Of a stretch of 64,000 nt of DNA, positions 10,763 to 22,222 are shown piece after piece (the first letter of the stretch is position 1; every line of letters begins with the position of its first letter). This DNA is from an uncultured bacterium (GTDB taxonomy: Bacteria; Eisenbacteria; RBG-16-71-46; CAIMUX01): positions 145,793 through 209,792 of the forward strand of contig CAYYQN010000002.1 of assembly GCA_964473865.1 (NCBI GenBank), written 5' to 3'. The position numbers and the translations under genes are program-made. The notes under the pieces were generated by a model. The model had not been told where the DNA came from, searched no databases, and saw only the letters and a list, made by a program, of their open reading frames with translations.

Positions 10763-11053
10763 ATGAGACTTCGAATGGGGGCCGCCCTCGGCGCGGCCCT
10801 GGTGCTGGTGGTCGGAGGGTGCGCCAAGCCGCGGCCCTGCACCATCATCCCGATGCAGCTCGAGCTGGTGCGCTTTGACACGGAGCAGCTGGAGGAGCAG
10901 GTCGCAACCAAGGTCGCGGAAGTGAACTCGTTGCGCTCGAACCTGGAAATCGCGACCACCCGGATGGCTCAGATGGAGCAGGAGGCAACGGACCTGGAGA
11001 AGGCAATCGGCGAGATCGAGGGCGATGCCGGTGCCGCCGGGAGGAAGAAGTGA
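10763..11053 (+). CDS. Small coiled-coil lipoprotein (hypothetical)
   Basis: Lipoprotein signal (LVLVVGGC), then a heptad-like coiled-coil region. It overlaps the next gene by 4 nt. Confidence 0.4.
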   Translation: MRLRMGAALGAALVLVVGGCAKPRPCTIIPMQLELVRFDTEQLEEQVATKVAEVNSLRSNLEIATTRMAQMEQEATDLEKAIGEIEGDAGAAGRKK

Positions 11054-11589
11054 TGCGCGCGCCCAGTCCGTCTGCGGCGAGGGCAGCGGCCCTCATCTTC
11101 CCGGTCTGGTTGGTGGTGGGGGGCATTGGTGGGTGCGCGACGGGCCCGGTTCCGCCGGTGAAGGATCCCGCGCGCGGCGAGTTCTATACGGGTCCCGAGA
11201 TGATGCGACTGCCGGCGGCGGAGCGCGCCCGGTACTGCGCGTGGATGGAGAACCGCCTGCAGGAACTGAAGACCGAGCGCGAGGTCCTGCAGGTGCGAAG
11301 GGACAGCCTGGCCGTCGCGGCCGACACCCTGCGCAATCAGGAGATCAAGGTGGCGAGCCGCACGCGTGAGCTGTCGGTGCGGGTGCGTGAACTGAGGCTG
11401 CGCGAGAAGGCGACCAACACCTACGTCGTGGCCCCCGGAGACAATCTGCGAAAGATCTCCCGTACCGTCTACGGGGACGGAGCGTACTACCGGGAGATCT
11501 ACGAGGCGAACAAGGCCATCATCGGGCCGGAGAACGCCGAGTTGAAGACCGGGTTGCGGCTGACGATCCCGCGGCTGAAAGACCAGTAG
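11050..11589 (+). CDS. LysM-domain lipoprotein with coiled-coil
   Basis: Signal plus lipobox (GGIGGC), a coiled-coil middle region, and a C-terminal LysM motif (YVVAPGDNLRKISRTVYGDGAYYREIYEANKAII). Confidence 0.55.
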   Translation: MMRAPSPSAARAAALIFPVWLVVGGIGGCATGPVPPVKDPARGEFYTGPEMMRLPAAERARYCAWMENRLQELKTEREVLQVRRDSLAVAADTLRNQEIKVASRTRELSVRVRELRLREKATNTYVVAPGDNLRKISRTVYGDGAYYREIYEANKAIIGPENAELKTGLRLTIPRLKDQ

Positions 11590-11604
11590 GCAGGGCCGTC
11601 TCCC

Positions 11605-12585
11605 TTGTCCGATCCCGCGGTCACCGCCACTCTGAGCCTCTCCGGCGTCGATGGGCTGGCGCTGTCCGGTCCCGCCGACGCGAATCTGCGGGCGGTCGAG
11701 CGGCACTTCGGCGTGACCCTCGGGGCGCGCGGCGAGACTCTCAGTGTGACCGGCCGGCCCGAGGCGGTGGAGGCCGCTTCGGCGGTTCTGCGCCTGCTCT
11801 GCGATCGGGCGCGCGGGGGACGGCTGATCACCGACGAGGATCTCGAGTTCCTGTTCTCGGCGGGAGACTCCGTGAAAGACGGGGTGCAGCCACCCGAGGA
11901 TGGAGTCGTCTTCTTCGGCGACAAGCGAGTGGTCAAGGCGCGCACCGTCGGACAGGCCGCCTACGTGGAGGCCATGCGGCGGGACGACCTCGTCTTTGGC
12001 ATCGGACCGGCCGGCACGGGGAAGACCTATCTCGCCGTCGCCATGGCGATGCGTATGTTGAAGGAGAAGCAGGTCGAGCGCGTGGTTCTGGCCCGTCCGG
12101 CGGTGGAGGCCGGAGAAAGCCTCGGGTTTCTCCCTGGAGATCTTCAGGAGAAGGTGGATCCCTACCTGCGGCCGCTGTACGACGCGATGCAGGAGATGAT
12201 CCACTTCGAGAAGCTGCAGCGGCTCCTGCAGATGGGCGTGGTGGAGGTCGCCCCGCTGGCCTACATGCGGGGACGTACGCTCTCCCGCTCGTTTGTCATC
12301 CTGGACGAGGCGCAGAACACGAAACTCACGCAGATGAAGATGTTCCTGACCCGGCTCGGGCCCGGGTCCAAGGCGGCGATCACGGGGGACATCACGCAGG
12401 TCGACCTGGATGATCCGGGCGCTTCGGGGCTCTTTCGCATACAGGGGATCCTCCGGGGGCTCTCCGGAGTCTCCTTCTGCTACTTCACCGATCGGGATGT
12501 GGTCCGGCACCATCTGGTGCGGGAGATCATCCTCGCGTTCGATCGGAGCCAGGAACCGCCATCCGAGGACGCGGAGCGGTCGTGA
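11605..12585 (+). CDS. phoH: PhoH-like ATPase
   Basis: Walker A GPAGTGKTY and the conserved PhoH/YbeZ body. TTG start at 11605. Confidence 0.9.
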   Translation: MSDPAVTATLSLSGVDGLALSGPADANLRAVERHFGVTLGARGETLSVTGRPEAVEAASAVLRLLCDRARGGRLITDEDLEFLFSAGDSVKDGVQPPEDGVVFFGDKRVVKARTVGQAAYVEAMRRDDLVFGIGPAGTGKTYLAVAMAMRMLKEKQVERVVLARPAVEAGESLGFLPGDLQEKVDPYLRPLYDAMQEMIHFEKLQRLLQMGVVEVAPLAYMRGRTLSRSFVILDEAQNTKLTQMKMFLTRLGPGSKAAITGDITQVDLDDPGASGLFRIQGILRGLSGVSFCYFTDRDVVRHHLVREIILAFDRSQEPPSEDAERS

Positions 12586-14798
12586 ACGCCGCGGCCGGCA
12601 GTCCGGAGACCCCCTCGCGCGTCTCGCTGCGCGAGAGACTGGGCTCGATCCCGCCCCGGACACACCGGATCCTCGCCTTGGCGATGATGCTGCTCGCCGG
12701 CATGACCCTGATCCCGTGGCCGTGGGCATTCCGGGGACAGCGCTACGAGCTGGGCCGCGTCCAGCCCACCACCGTCATCGCGGATTTCGACTTTCCGGTG
12801 CTGAAGGACTCGGGCGAGCTGGAGCGCGAGCGGGCCGCCCGAGCCGGCGACATTCCGGCGGTGGTCGCGCGCAGCGACTCCGCTTCCGCCGTGGCCAACG
12901 CGCGCTGGCGAGAGCTTGCGGAGAAGGTGCGCATCCTGCGCACCGCGCACGGTCGGGGCGACGTGTTGGTTCCCCTGTCCCAGGAGACCCTGGTGCCCCT
13001 GCTGGTCGGGGATACCTCGGCGCCGCTGCTGCACGAGGCGGAGTCCCTGCTGCATGATGTGATGCTCCGGGGGTTTGTGTCGTTCGAGCTCTCAGGCCAG
13101 CTCGCCGGGTATCGGAGTGTCCGCATCCGCGACCCGTTGGCGGACGTGATTGTCCCGCGCGAGCAGCTTCTGACCCCGGATCGCGTGCGGGACTTGGCCG
13201 GCTCCCGGGCCGCCGCCCGCGGCGTACCGGCGGAGGCGCTCGCCGAGATCGTCATGTTTTGCGCCGTGCCGAACCTTGTCTTCGACTCCGGCGGAACCAC
13301 GGAACTGGTCGATGAGGCGGTGGCCGGGGTGGATCCCTCCGCCGGGCGCGTCCTCAAGGGCGAGAAGATCATCGATGCGCATGAACGCATCACCGGAGAG
13401 AAACTGCGGGTGCTCCGCTCCTACGAGTATTGGCGCCACGAGCGCGGCGGGTCGGGCCGCCTCCTGGCCGTGGTGTCGCCGTTGCTGGGCCGGCTCCTGG
13501 TGCTGCTCCTCGCGCTCGGGCTCTTCGTGGCGTACATCCGCCTCAACCGTCCCGAGCTCTTGGAGCATCCGCAGGACCTCTGGCTCCTGACGCTCCTGGA
13601 GTCTCTCGTGCTGGTCCTGGCCGCCGTGCTGGTGCGGGCGCTGCAACTCCCTCCCGCGCTCACGCCGGTGGCGACCATTTCCATCCTGGTGACGCTCCTG
13701 TTCGACGAAAAGCTGGCGCTGGCCGCATCGATGCTGCCGCTGCTCCTGGTGGCGGTGCTGGCCGGGGCCGGGTCGCAGTTCATCGTGGTCATCGGGGTCG
13801 GCGCCATCGCCACCGTGTTGCTCACCCATGCGGTGCGCCAACGGACCCAGTTCTTCCGGCACCTGGCCCTGCTGCCGGCCGTCCACCTCGGGATGCTGGT
13901 CGCCATGGCCCTGGTCGACTCCGACCCGGTCGCCGGCCTTCTGCGCGACGGGGCGGTGGTGGCGGCCAATCCGCTCCTGTCGGCGGCGCTGGCGCTATTC
14001 CTGATGCCGCACGCCGAAGCGGCGTTCGGCCGCTGTAGCGACATCTCCTTGCGCGAGTTCCAGGACCTGAACCGTCCCACGCTCCGGCGCCTCATGATGA
14101 ACGCGCCGGGCACCTACCACCACGCGATCCTGGTCGGCGCGCTGGCGGAGTCCGCGGCGGTGGTGTCGGGGGCGAACCCGGTGCTGGCCCGGGTCATCGG
14201 GTACTACCACGACATCGGGAAGATCGCCAAGCCGGAGTACTTCCCCGAGAACATCGGGATCGGGGTCCGCAACCCCCACGACAAGCTCGCGCCGTCCATG
14301 ACCCGGCTCATCCTGGAGTCGCACATACGAGACGGGGTGGCCCTCGCCCGGGAGGAGCGCTTGCCGCGGCCGGTGGTCGAGGGCATCCGCGAGCACCACG
14401 GCATCTCGCTCATGGACGGGGCCTGGCGCAAGGCGCGAAAACAGGATCCGGCGGCACGCCAGGAGGAATACCGTTACCCCGGTCCGCGGCCCACGAGTCG
14501 CGAGTCGGCCCTGGTGCTGCTCGCCAACGAGGTGGAACAGGCGGCGCGCGGCCTCGAGAATCCGACGCCAAGCCGGATCAAGGGCCTGGTGCACCGAGTG
14601 GTGCAGGTCAATCTCGACAACTGGAACCTGGACGACAGCGGACTCACCCTGAGCGACATCGCGCGCGTGCGGGACAGCTTTGTTCCGATCCTCGCGGCGG
14701 CCTTCCGCGGGCGCGTCCAGGGTGACCGCGGGATGGATGATGCCAACGTCCGCGAAAACCCTTCCCGTCGCGGTACGGACCCGCGGAGTCGTCGCTGA
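12582..14798 (+). CDS. pgpH: 7TM receptor with intracellular HD hydrolase (PgpH/YqfF-like HDIG-domain phosphodiesterase)
   Basis: N-terminal extracellular domain, a multi-pass membrane region, and a C-terminal HD domain (HAILVGALAE..., YYHDIGKIAKPEYF). GTG start overlaps the phoH stop. Position matches the conserved phoH-pgpH-ybeY-corC order. Confidence 0.8.
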   Translation: MNAAAGSPETPSRVSLRERLGSIPPRTHRILALAMMLLAGMTLIPWPWAFRGQRYELGRVQPTTVIADFDFPVLKDSGELERERAARAGDIPAVVARSDSASAVANARWRELAEKVRILRTAHGRGDVLVPLSQETLVPLLVGDTSAPLLHEAESLLHDVMLRGFVSFELSGQLAGYRSVRIRDPLADVIVPREQLLTPDRVRDLAGSRAAARGVPAEALAEIVMFCAVPNLVFDSGGTTELVDEAVAGVDPSAGRVLKGEKIIDAHERITGEKLRVLRSYEYWRHERGGSGRLLAVVSPLLGRLLVLLLALGLFVAYIRLNRPELLEHPQDLWLLTLLESLVLVLAAVLVRALQLPPALTPVATISILVTLLFDEKLALAASMLPLLLVAVLAGAGSQFIVVIGVGAIATVLLTHAVRQRTQFFRHLALLPAVHLGMLVAMALVDSDPVAGLLRDGAVVAANPLLSAALALFLMPHAEAAFGRCSDISLREFQDLNRPTLRRLMMNAPGTYHHAILVGALAESAAVVSGANPVLARVIGYYHDIGKIAKPEYFPENIGIGVRNPHDKLAPSMTRLILESHIRDGVALAREERLPRPVVEGIREHHGISLMDGAWRKARKQDPAARQEEYRYPGPRPTSRESALVLLANEVEQAARGLENPTPSRIKGLVHRVVQVNLDNWNLDDSGLTLSDIARVRDSFVPILAAAFRGRVQGDRGMDDANVRENPSRRGTDPRSRR

Positions 14799-15339
14799 CC
14801 GCGGCGCCCTGCGCGCGCTGCTGCGGCGATGCCTTGATTCCGGCGGTGCCGCCCCCGGGGCGGGGCTGAGCCTCGTGCTTGCCGGGGATCGTCTGGTGCG
14901 CCGGCTCAATCGGGAGTGGCGCGGGCGCGATCGCTCCACCGACGTTCTATCCTTTCCCGCCGGCGATCCGCTGCCATTGCCGCCCGCGGTCGACGACCCG
15001 GTCGGTCTCTGCCTTGGGGAGATCGTCGTCTCCCTGCCCCGGTGCCGTGAACAGGCTGCGGAGCAGGGCGTCGACCCTGGCGTCGAGCTGACGCGCCTCG
15101 TCATCCATGGCGCGCTGCACCTCCTGGGGCACGACCACGAGTGCGCCGGGCCGCGCGCCCGGATGCGGGCGTGCGAACGGCGCTTGCGAGCGTGGGCGGG
15201 GCGGCAAGGCATCGGCCCGGGTCTGCTGCGCGCTCCCGGACCGGTCACTCCCACGCGCCGACCTCGTGGCGCGCGCGAGGGCCGACTCGGACGGCATCGC
15301 GCGCGCGCGCAACCGGCCGCGCGCCGGGGGGCGGTATGA
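14737..15339 (+). CDS. ybeY: rRNA maturation endoribonuclease YbeY
   Basis: YbeY signature HGALHLLGHDHE. Start set at the ATG-ATG pair at 14737/14740, which overlaps the pgpH 3' end. The C-terminal extent is uncertain because the frame runs on to 15339. Confidence 0.75.
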   Translation: MMPTSAKTLPVAVRTRGVVADRGALRALLRRCLDSGGAAPGAGLSLVLAGDRLVRRLNREWRGRDRSTDVLSFPAGDPLPLPPAVDDPVGLCLGEIVVSLPRCREQAAEQGVDPGVELTRLVIHGALHLLGHDHECAGPRARMRACERRLRAWAGRQGIGPGLLRAPGPVTPTRRPRGAREGRLGRHRARAQPAARRGAV

Positions 15340-16214
15340 TCTCCTGGGCGGCCCCCCTGGCGGGATTGATCCTCCTTCCGGTGGCAGGGGCGGCGCTTGA
15401 CGCGACCGCAGAGACCCGCCGGGCGGGTTTTCGCCGCTTCGGGTCGGCGGTGGCCCACCTCGCAGCCGCGTCGTGCGCCGCCCTGCTGGCGATGGTCGCC
15501 GGTCACCGGCCCGGCCCGGCCGGCTGGGACGCCAGCACGACGGTTCTCGTGATGCTTGCAGGCGCGGCCTGGGTGGAAGCGGTGTTTCTCTCCGGGATCC
15601 GGGTGCATCATCGGAAACCGGCGCTCCGCTCGGCCGGAGGCGGAGATCCCGGCTCGGGCGCTTCCGCGGACGACGGCGGGAGCGGCGCGGCAGGCCCACT
15701 CGGAAGCCTGAGCGCCGATGGTGAGGCGCTGCTTCTGCGGGTGCTCGCGCTCGAGTCGCTACCGGTCGAGCCGATCATGACCCCGCGCGAGCGGATGGCG
15801 ACAGTCGGCGCGACGGCGACGGTGTCGGACGCGGTGGAGCGAATGCGCGCCAGCGGGCATGCCCGCCTGCCGGTGGTGGCGGACGGTTCACTCGATCGAA
15901 TCCTGGGCGTGGTTCACGCCAAGGACCTGGTGCCGCTGGTCATCGCCGGATCGGGTGCTCCGCTCCGTCGTCAGATCCGCCGCTGTCTGCGCGTGCCGCA
16001 CGGTCAACCGGTGGCCCGGCTCCTCGCCGACTTCCGCCGGAACCGCGTCCATCTCGGCATCGTCACCGATCCTTTGGGCCGTACTCTGGGGCTCGTCACG
16101 ATGGGGGACGTCTTTGCCCACCTGGCCGGCACGCGTGGGAGCGCGGAGTCGGCCCGGGGAGACGGCGGCGCCATCCCGGAAGCGCCTTCCGTCGGGGGAG
16201 GGACATCGCCGTGA
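15336..16214 (+). CDS. CNNM/DUF21 transmembrane domain + CBS-pair protein (CorC/HlyC family, N-terminal paralogue)
   Basis: Hydrophobic N-terminus (MISWAAPLAGLILLPVAGAAL...) followed by a CBS pair (ILGVVHAKDLVPL...GLVTMGDVFAHLAG). ATG at 15336. Confidence 0.6.
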   Translation: MISWAAPLAGLILLPVAGAALDATAETRRAGFRRFGSAVAHLAAASCAALLAMVAGHRPGPAGWDASTTVLVMLAGAAWVEAVFLSGIRVHHRKPALRSAGGGDPGSGASADDGGSGAAGPLGSLSADGEALLLRVLALESLPVEPIMTPRERMATVGATATVSDAVERMRASGHARLPVVADGSLDRILGVVHAKDLVPLVIAGSGAPLRRQIRRCLRVPHGQPVARLLADFRRNRVHLGIVTDPLGRTLGLVTMGDVFAHLAGTRGSAESARGDGGAIPEAPSVGGGTSP

Positions 16215-17389
16215 CGTTGCCGGCCCCGGTTCTGCTGCCGCTTGCCGTGTCCGTCGTGACCTGCCTGCTGCTGTTCCTGGCGTCCTGGGATGGCGCGGCC
16301 CGCCGCCGCGAACGGTGGAACGACATGGACCGCGGTCCGTCGGTCCAACACGACGCTCTGGAGGTGCGTCTGGCGGCCTGGTTGTTGCTCGGCGCCGCGC
16401 TCTGGGGTCTCTCCCGGACGCGGGGCCACGAGCCGGTCCACGAGCTTTTCGGCCTGGCGGTCGGACTGAGTTTCTTCGCCGCGGCGGGCCTTGCGGCGTT
16501 CGGGCTCGGGATCGTGATCGGACGAAGCCGATTCTTCCCGAGAGGATTGCGCTGGGTCCTCACGCCGTACCACGGACTGGCTGGTTGGATCTTGTGGCTG
16601 CGTGCGCTGGCTCGGCGCCGCGACCTGGTCGCCGGGATCCCCGGAGGGATGACACCCTTTCCGGCGGCGGTGGAGCCGGAGGATGCGCCCCGGCGCGGGG
16701 TGCGCGACCTGGCCGAGTTCCGGCTGGAAGAGGTCATGATTCCTCGCTCCCAGGTGGATGCCCTCCAGGGATCGGTCTCCGTGGGCGATGCGGCGGCCGA
16801 AGTCCGCCGGAGGCCACACGCGCTCTATCCCGTGAATGGCGACTCGGTGGATCAACCTCTGGGCGTGGTGCGGATCCTCGACCTGGCGGATCCCAGCGCC
16901 CGCAATCGGCCGGTGCGGGAGCTCGTGCGGCCGACGCCGATCCTACCCGAGACGGTGCGGGGGTTGCGGTTGTTCCGCGATCTGGCATCGGCCCCGCTTC
17001 CCGCAGCCCTTGTCGTGGATGAGTATGGCGGCATGGCCGGGCTCGTGACCGTGGAGGACCTGGTCGAGGTCTTGGTGGGCGACCTGGAAGGCGAGCACGA
17101 GGTCGTCCGGGCCCGCATCGTCCGGCGCGACTCGGGCGCGCGGCGCGTTGATGGAGCCTGCACCATCGAGGAATTCAACCGGCGCCTCGGGGCATCGCTG
17201 CCTGAGGGGGAGTACGAGACCGTGGCCGGACTCGTCCTGGATCGGCTGGGCGCGATCCCCCCACCCGGGGAAGAGCTGGAGGTGCCCGGGTTCCGGCTGA
17301 CCGTGGAAGAAGCCACCGACCGGCGCATCCTCTGGGTGCGCGCCGAGCGGTCCCTCGACCGGTCGAGTGGGACGGAGACCGGGACGTGA
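16211..17389 (+). CDS. corC: Hemolysin C/CorC-type Mg/Co efflux-associated protein (DUF21 + CBS pair + CorC_HlyC transporter-associated domain)
   Basis: TM N-terminus, a CBS pair (GVVRILDLAD...GLVTVEDLVEVLVGDLEGEHE) and a C-terminal CorC_HlyC domain. Confidence 0.75.
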   Translation: MTLPAPVLLPLAVSVVTCLLLFLASWDGAARRRERWNDMDRGPSVQHDALEVRLAAWLLLGAALWGLSRTRGHEPVHELFGLAVGLSFFAAAGLAAFGLGIVIGRSRFFPRGLRWVLTPYHGLAGWILWLRALARRRDLVAGIPGGMTPFPAAVEPEDAPRRGVRDLAEFRLEEVMIPRSQVDALQGSVSVGDAAAEVRRRPHALYPVNGDSVDQPLGVVRILDLADPSARNRPVRELVRPTPILPETVRGLRLFRDLASAPLPAALVVDEYGGMAGLVTVEDLVEVLVGDLEGEHEVVRARIVRRDSGARRVDGACTIEEFNRRLGASLPEGEYETVAGLVLDRLGAIPPPGEELEVPGFRLTVEEATDRRILWVRAERSLDRSSGTETGT

Positions 17390-18381
17390 GCACGGCGCTC
17401 GTCTCCTGCGAGGGCCTCGTGTTGCGCAACCTGCGCCACGGGGAGACGAGCCGCATCGCCACCCTCTTCACGCCCGAGCTGGGCAAGATCGGCGTCATCG
17501 CCAAGGGCGCGCGCGATCCGAAGTCGCCCTTCGGCGCCTCCCTCGAGTTCCTCTCCCACGGCACGTACGCGGTGTACTACCGGCCGGGCCGCGATCTGCA
17601 CTTTCTCCGCGCGGGTTCGCTGGAACACGAGTTCCGCGGCCTGCTCCGGGACACCACTCGTTTCATCCTGGCCTCGGCTTTCGCCGAATTCCTCGAGCGG
17701 GTGCTGCACGGCGAGGATCCGGCGCGCGAGCTCTTCGCCTTCGCCCGGCGCGGGCTGGCCGTGCTGGAAACGGCGCCGCAACCGGCGCTGCCGGAGCTCT
17801 TCCGGGGGCTGCAGCTGCGGGTGGCTTCCCTGCTCGGGTACTCGCCGCGGCTGGAGCAGTGCCTGCGCTGTGATCGCGTGGTGGCGCCGGCCGAGACGGA
17901 GGCTGCGCCGGCGAAGGCGGCCTGGACCTTCCTCCCGGCGGAGGGCGGGGTGCTTTGTCCGGCCTGCGCCGGCCGGGAGCAGGCGGAGGCCGGGGTTCGA
18001 CTCTCGCCGCGAGCGCTTCGGCGGCTGCGGGCCCTGGCGCTCGGACGCCGCGGCGCGCCCGGGTCCGACAGCGGCGGATTGGCCGCCGCGACGGACCGGA
18101 TGGCGTCCGAGGCGGCAAGAGGCTCCCGGGTGGCAGAGGTGGCCGTGAACGGAGAGACGCAGATCGCGGACAGGTTGCGCATTCCGGATCCGGCCTGGGT
18201 GGCATGCCTCGACGGGCTGGTGGAGAGTTTCCTCCGCTATCATCTCGACTCATACCGAGGGCTTCGGGCCCTGGAAGGTCCGGCCGGCAAAGGGCTCGGG
18301 ACCTCCGGCGTGGCGACCGGCGGGCTGCGGGAGGGCGGACTTGACCAGGCCCGGCGCTCTCCCTATCCTTCGCCGTCATGA
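17386..18381 (+). CDS. recO: DNA repair protein RecO
   Basis: RecO N-terminal OB fold (EGLVLRNLRHGETSRIATLFTPELGKIGVIAKGAR) and a C-terminal Zn-binding CxxC...CxxC motif (CLRCDRVV...LCPACAG). Confidence 0.8.
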   Translation: MSTALVSCEGLVLRNLRHGETSRIATLFTPELGKIGVIAKGARDPKSPFGASLEFLSHGTYAVYYRPGRDLHFLRAGSLEHEFRGLLRDTTRFILASAFAEFLERVLHGEDPARELFAFARRGLAVLETAPQPALPELFRGLQLRVASLLGYSPRLEQCLRCDRVVAPAETEAAPAKAAWTFLPAEGGVLCPACAGREQAEAGVRLSPRALRRLRALALGRRGAPGSDSGGLAAATDRMASEAARGSRVAEVAVNGETQIADRLRIPDPAWVACLDGLVESFLRYHLDSYRGLRALEGPAGKGLGTSGVATGGLREGGLDQARRSPYPSPS

Positions 18382-19013
18382 ACCGACGTCGTTTCAGGCT
18401 CGCGGCGAGCCTCATGGTCTGCGGTCTCGTGGCGCAGAGCTTTACTGGGGGCTGTTCCCGCCCGCGAGATCCGTTCGACGTCCGGAGTCTTCCCGACGCT
18501 CCCTTCTCGGTGAACACGGCGCTCCTCGGTCCGGTCCAGGTCGATTCCCTGCTGGGGCTTCAGTTCCGACTTCCCGCGGAGTTCCAGCCGGGAAACCCTG
18601 AGCGGGTGGAGCAGATTCGGGAGATGGTGCGCGCGGGGGCGAAGCTGGGAGATCCTTTGGCTCACGATCCCGTCTGGATCTTCGGCGTGCCCGGCAGCGT
18701 GGGCATGTTCAAGGTCGCGCACTTCCGGGAGCCGCCCGCGGGCGGAATGAACGAGGCCTGGATCGACAGGGTGCGGTCGGAGATGGAGGCTCAGGTCAAG
18801 CCGGCCACGGTGGTGGAGGACCGCTTTCGCGTGGGCGGCCGTATTCCGGTCGTGCGCTTTGTCGTGGGCAATGAGTCGATGGTCCTGGTGCGGGCGATTT
18901 GCCAGGTTCCTGGCCATCCGCCCGGAATGATCGATTGCCTTCTGCCGCGTCCGGATCACGAGCGCCTGGGTCCGGCCGTCGAATCCGCGATCGGCGCGCT
19001 GGCACCGCGATGA
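18378..19013 (+). CDS. Hypothetical lipoprotein
   Basis: Signal peptide plus lipobox (LVAQSFTGGC). No recognisable domain. Confidence 0.4.
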   Translation: MNRRRFRLAASLMVCGLVAQSFTGGCSRPRDPFDVRSLPDAPFSVNTALLGPVQVDSLLGLQFRLPAEFQPGNPERVEQIREMVRAGAKLGDPLAHDPVWIFGVPGSVGMFKVAHFREPPAGGMNEAWIDRVRSEMEAQVKPATVVEDRFRVGGRIPVVRFVVGNESMVLVRAICQVPGHPPGMIDCLLPRPDHERLGPAVESAIGALAPR

Positions 19014-19159
19014 GCGCGGCCGCGGGTCGCGGCCTTGGCTCCGGGTAGACCGCTGCCCGCGCCGGTCCGTCCCCGACCGTGAGGGAATTCGCGCGTTCGT
19101 GTCCTCTTGACAAGGAAGATCGCGGGGCGTACAACACCATTGCGTCTCGGTGCACACAG

Positions 19160-20817
<1,658 letters not shown>

Positions 20818-20821
<4 letters not shown>

Positions 20822-22218
20822 AGGGCGGTCCGGCGGGAGGCAAGGCGGCGATGAGCGCAAACGGTACGAAGGATCCGATCGCAGTATGGGGCGGCCTCGA
20901 GTCGGTCCTGCTCCAGAACCTCCGGGTTCTGGACCCCGGGGGAACGATGCGGGGTAGTTGTGATCTGTGGATCCGCCACGGTGTCCTGGAGGCCATGGCT
21001 CCGGAGCTTCCCGCGCGGGAAGGTCCCTCGATCGACTTCGGCGGGGCGCTGGTCCTGCCCGGGCTCTTCGACATGCACGTCCACTTCCGCGAGCCGGGGG
21101 GAGAGGACTCCGAGACAATCGCCTCCGGCGCCCGGGCGGCGGCGCGCGGCGGTTTCACCGGCGTGGCCTGTATGCCCAACACCCCGGTGCGAATCGACGG
21201 CCGGCCGACGATCGATCTGGTCCACGCGCGGGCGCGCGAGGCTTGCGGCACCCGGGTCTATCCGGTGGGGGCGATGACGCGGAATCTGGAGGGAAAGCTG
21301 CTCACCGAGATGGCTGAGTTGAAGGATGCCGGTGCCGTAGCCGTCTCCGACGACGGCCACCCGGTGGAAAACAGCGAAGTCATGCGGCGCGGGATGGAGT
21401 ACGCCCGGATGTGCGGCCTCACAGTCCTCTCGCACTCGGAGGATCGATCGCTTCGCGGCAACGGCGTCATGCACGAGGGATACTGGTCGACGGTGCTGGG
21501 CCTGCGCGGGATTCCGGCCGCGAGCGAGGAAGTCGGAGTCGCGCGCGACCTGGCGCTTTGCGAGCTGACCGGCGCCCGGCTCCATCTCTGTCATCTGAGC
21601 ACGCGGACCGGCGTGGAGCTGCTCAGGCGGGCGAAGGAGAAAGGCCTGCCGGTCACCGCCGAGGCGGCGCCGCATCACCTCGCCCTGGACCACTCCAGCC
21701 TCCGCTCCTACGACAGCAGCTTCAAGATGAACCCTCCGTTGCGGACTGCGGAGGATGTCGCCGCCCTGCGGGAAGCCGTCAAGTCGGGGCTCATCGACGC
21801 GATCGCCACGGACCACGCGCCGCATGCTCCGGTGCTCAAGGACGGGGAGTTGGACCAGGCCCCGTTTGGAGCGATCGGCCTGGAGACTTCGTTCGGAGTC
21901 TGCCACCGCGTCCTGGTGGAAGAGTCGGGAATGGAGCTGGCGGATCTGGTGGAGCGGATGGCGGTGGCGCCGCGCCGGATCCTGGGCCTTCCCGGAGGAC
22001 GACTCGAGGTGGGGAAGCCGGCGGACCTCACGATCCTCGATCTGGACTGGCAATGGACCGTCGATCCCGGCGCGTTTGCCTCGTTGAGCCGCAACTGTCC
22101 GTTTGCCGGCTGGACGCTGAAGGGGAAGGTCCTTCTCACCGTGGCCGCGGGACGATTCACCCACGCGGCGGTGTCACCTCCGGCGGCGGGCGAGCGGGTT
22201 CCCGGCGCCCGCGGCTAG
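20818..22218 (+). CDS. pyrC: Dihydroorotase (multifunctional-complex type)
   Basis: Amidohydrolase metal motif [10 protein letters not shown] and dihydroorotase-like body. The true start may be the internal ATG near 20848. Confidence 0.8.
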
Positions 22219-22222
22219 CAGG

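Noticed and set aside
10969-12729. 586-aa minus-strand ORF opposite the LysM lipoprotein and phoH
   Set aside because: It is antisense to phoH (Walker A GPAGTGKTY on + strand), and its translation has no motifs.
13995-15611. 538-aa minus-strand ORF opposite pgpH, ybeY and the first CBS gene
   Set aside because: It is antisense to genes with HD-domain and YbeY (HxxxH) signatures. Its translation is Arg/Pro-rich.
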